From: Pocillopora damicornis
Taxonomy: Eukaryota
Direction of reading: 5' to 3'
Length of the DNA stretch: 64,000 bases
Assembly (NCBI RefSeq): GCF_003704095.1
Contig: NW_020845796.1
Location: forward strand, 1 to 64,000
Shown here: in pieces, positions 52,801 through 64,000 of the stretch
How the letters are laid out: the number at the start of each line of letters is the position of its first letter
Position numbering within the stretch: the stretch's first letter is position 1
Notes under the pieces: generated by a model
Database searches by the model: none
Told to the model about the DNA's origin: nothing
Seen by the model: the letters and a program-made list of their open reading frames with translations, nothing else
Translations under genes and position numbers: made by a program

Positions 52801-55800
52801 CTGTTGTTGAGTTAGGGGAGGGGTAGGTGGGCAGTTGCCCAGATACTGATATTAATCCCATTTCTTTTTCCGTCCTTGACACCCAGTTTCTCAGCTATTA
52901 TTAGTAAATCCGACGTTTTGCATGTCACCTTCCCTTCACCTTCATATAACACCCTAACTAAAGAATTGTTTCAAATCAAGAGATCTTTCTACGAGGAAAG
53001 ACGAAAATCGAAAACACTTGATCGCCGTAAGTTAACACTCTAGCTTGTTAAGCAAGGGGTTTGCAGCCTCGTTCCCAGGGCCTTTCCCTTATAAAATGGG
53101 TACGAGGCCTTCCTGATTTTCGAAGGAAAATAAAAAATTAAAATTAAACAAAAATATAATACTGTATAGAAGAAGATCGTCCTCTCTTGCACTTTATAAA
53201 TATCATAACTCACACAAACTTCTCCAATAGGAAAGCAAGATGAAAATTCCCGGCCAAAAGGCCCTGTTTCCTTAGAACAGTTAAACACTCGTTTTAAATT
53301 TCGCCATAATAGATGTGATTATCGAAATCACTGGTATGAAATTAAGATACACTTAAACCCAATTCGGAGAAAGAAGAAGAGAAGTGTCAAGTCGAGAATT
53401 CCTTCTAGATACGAAGCATCTTTAAAGTTAGAAGGAGCGTTCATGAAGTAGTCTCTGCAGTTCTTCTTAGGGCTTGTATAGAATATTCTTTCCCCAGAAG
53501 GCTTAGAAAGTATCATTCTTTCCCTAAAAATAGCTCACTGAGTAATTTGGAAACGCCAATTCGAAATCATTTCATGTTGCTAAGATGGCCACAAACTTCA
53601 ATTGAATCGCAAATTCAGAGTGAAATTTGTCGAGCCTGATCCATAAGCTTCATCGCAGAGCAGGCGTAATTTTCTTAGTCTTTCTGGCGAACGGAGGTCA
53701 CGCACAAGGGTAGGAATCATTTTTCCACGCTCCTCCGCTCGCTCGCGTGTGACTCGCGCTTCCCTCCATTCGCCTTAAAACGCTAAAAATTATGCATATT
53801 CTGCAGGCTAAGACATCAAAGCTAAAAGACTAGGCAGTAAAGAGAGACAAATTTTGATTTTTAGTACTCTGAGTTTCAGTTTGCGTACAGTCTCTTTTGC
53901 CAGTTTTTGCCTAAAGGCTTTGCATCAAAACTACGGCAAGTGCGTAGCCTCTGGAATGACGACAATATTTCTATTTTACGCTTAAAGACTAATTTTCACA
54001 AGAAAGGTTATGCACCTCCTCACCTTATCTTGAAAATGAAGGTCTATAGAGCTTAGAAATTGCCTGTTAATTATTTGCTTAATTACATTTGGCGAGAAAG
54101 ACATGTGTGATTTTTTTCTTTACATCTGTTTAACATCTTACCTGTGTTTCATTTCAAGTAATGGATTAAGCAATACCTATCATGACATTAATCAGCAGAC
54201 AACTGATGCGATTATCAACGTAGAATTAGTGAGACAGAGGATTATCTCCCACACACTGTAACGCTAGTATTCATATTCTTACCAGTCATCTCTCTACATT
54301 TCCTTTGGTAAGGACAATGAGAAATTGTTTACCAATCAGATTGAGAAATAAGAAGCCAGCCACTCTTATGGAGACGAAGGGTTAAACGAGATATGTATCA
54401 TGCACATTTAATTGCAATGCTTAATGTATCATAAATCGCACTGAACAGTTTAGAGAAATCAAGACTAAAATCAGTCAATGAAGTGTGCAAGTGGATCAGC
54501 TAAATGTCTTTCTTTTGATACTTAGAGATTGATGTAAAGAACGAGGAAGACTGGGCACGTTCTGCGAAGAGAGATGAGTGACATGTCGCTTGAACCATGG
54601 CCTAAGCACCAGAAGACTAAGTAGACCTGGGGCGTGATGAGATAGAGGGATGGAGAAGGAAGGAGGCTGAGGCTGGGGTCTGGGAGGGAGGTAAGCCAGC
54701 TTTCGTGGGAAGCCAAAACAAAAGCTGCGAAATATTCAGCAAAATGTATAGAATTTTAAATCATTCTTTGACAATCCTTTGACACACATATGGAATCAAT
54801 AATTGACCATAATTCCACCCCACTCCCTCTCTCTCAAACGGGAACGAGCAATGCGTGCTAAGAGCAGAACACATCTTTATGCATCGGTCAAATGGCGGAA
54901 AAAGGGAATAGGGTTAGCGCACATGCTTCTTTTCTTTTCTCAAAGATTCTAAGAACTAGACAACTTCTTTGTTCCAAGTCCGAGGAGTAATTACAACAAC
55001 AGAACTAGAAAATCTAAAACTTTATTTTTCATTCTAAAACTAAATATTCATTATATTTTCTCTATATAATATAAACGAGAGATTTGGCCGTACGAGCATG
55101 GGAGTTATGTTACAAAAGCATACTTTAAGAAGTGGACTGTACACATATTTACAAACATGAACTCTTTTCTTACAGTTAACCTACATTACAAATTCAACAT
55201 TACCAGCCGGCTGGCTGCTAGCTCCAGACTTTCCTTATAAAAAAATATTTTAGATATTTTTTTGCACACAATATGAATTTAAATCTCCATTAGAAGAGAG
55301 GAGAATTCTAGTCATTTCGTCTGCGTTTGAGTACGTATCGGAAATAAGCAAGATTAGGAGCTAATATGAATTAAGATGACAGCGTGAACACAAGATAAAA
55401 TCGCTTCAAGCGAAATGACGCAAAACACGAATTTCGTGTACTTTTCTAAGAATCCCACGCGAGGAAACACGTGCGATTTCTTCGCAAACAATTTATGCAC
55501 TTCGCTTTAAGTTTTAAGGCTGGAGGATTGCCCGGTTAAAAGGCGATGGAGGATTAAATTAAGGACGTTATGAGCTGTGCTTTTATCGTTCCGTGACAGC
55601 GTAAACAAGAAATATCTCTCAACGTGATTACCACAAGGAAATAAAACACCACTTTGGACTGATGAACATTCACCAGTCTCGTCGTTTAAGTCTGTAATGA
55701 GAGGGTAAGTTTAAAAAGGGTAAACGAGGCAATTATCACACTTTCTTCTTCTCCTCGCTTGAGATGTACGATTTTGATGCAGATCCAATATCTATTGTCA

Positions 55801-56157
55801 GTAACAACTGTTCATTCTCTAGTCTTCATTTGAATGTTTTAACCTAGTGGAAACGATGGCCCTACCAAAGACAGAATAACTACCACCACTTGGATAGAGA
55901 AGTGATGATTTGTTCCTTAACTTTACAGACTATTTTTCCATCAACTAAGACAATTTGCTTTGGCGCTTCGTGGTCTTTTACCTCTTGAGAATTGGGAGCG
56001 CCTCTGATTGGCCAACAGCAACCAAAATAACAACCGATCGCAGCATGAGAATTTCATTCTGAACGCAACGAAAGATAACATCGCGTGGAAAACACAACGC
56101 ATTCGGCATTCCGCTACACTCCAGACATCACAGTTTTAGGCTAACGTCACACTGGAT

Positions 56158-63674
<7,517 letters not shown>

Positions 63675-64000
63675 CTAAATGACATCACGACAGTTTAAAG
63701 AATTATTAAAACTGAAAGGTGAAACGATGGACCCAAAAGAGGCCGTTAGCAAATGAGACAAATGTGGACTCAAAATTTTAAATGATCATAAATAGGAATC
63801 TATAAGCAAGCTTAGTGTCCCACCCAGCCAGAGCTTATGCCAACTTCCATAGCGTGAAGCGACCTGGAATATTACTACTACCCCTTGCATGGGGGGTATG
63901 CTAGTCCATCGCACTGTTACCCCCGACAGTTCATCAGATAATTCCCCTACTGTCATTGTCATTGACACTCCTGGGTAGAGAGAGACACTGTAAGAGGAGA

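Larger units (their letters stand above)
52550..52858. mobile_element. Foldback MITE with ~50-bp terminal inverted repeats, interrupted by the hammerhead insert
   Basis: Left arm GGATCAATATCAGTATCTAAGCAACTGCCCACCTACCCCTCCCCTAACCCAA; the right arm is its near-perfect reverse complement, ending GATACTGATATTAATCC. Confidence 0.8.

Overview
Eukaryotic, intron-rich, AT-rich animal genomic DNA with four 100-N scaffold gaps. A stony coral or other anthozoan is inferred from gene style and repeat content. Eight protein-coding genes were reconstructed from GT-AG splice sites and family motifs, in order: SMYD4-like SET/MYND methyltransferase (-), peflin/ALG-2-like penta-EF-hand protein (-), dynactin p25 DCTN5 (+), a two-exon bacterial-like class I SAM methyltransferase (+), WDR90 (-), UPF0193/EVG1 (C22orf23-like) (+), a MICAL-like CH-LIM-bMERB protein (-), and the 3' part of a TNRC18/BAHCC1-like Tudor+BAH chromatin reader (-). 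Introns are crowded with small mobile elements. The most notable non-genic signals are: (1) an intact minimal type I hammerhead ribozyme inside a 161-bp insert with a 10-bp target-site duplication, nested in a foldback MITE; (2) a 477-bp solo LTR with two perfect four-unit heat-shock elements, lying antisense in a WDR90 intron; (3) about 20 TTAA-flanked piggyBac-type MITEs whose three divergent subfamilies keep the same 212-bp length, with one inverted pair bracketing a frame-symmetric exon; (4) a visible switch from CpG-depleted to CpG-retaining DNA near 50.5 kb. All exon coordinates were read by eye and no database searches were run.
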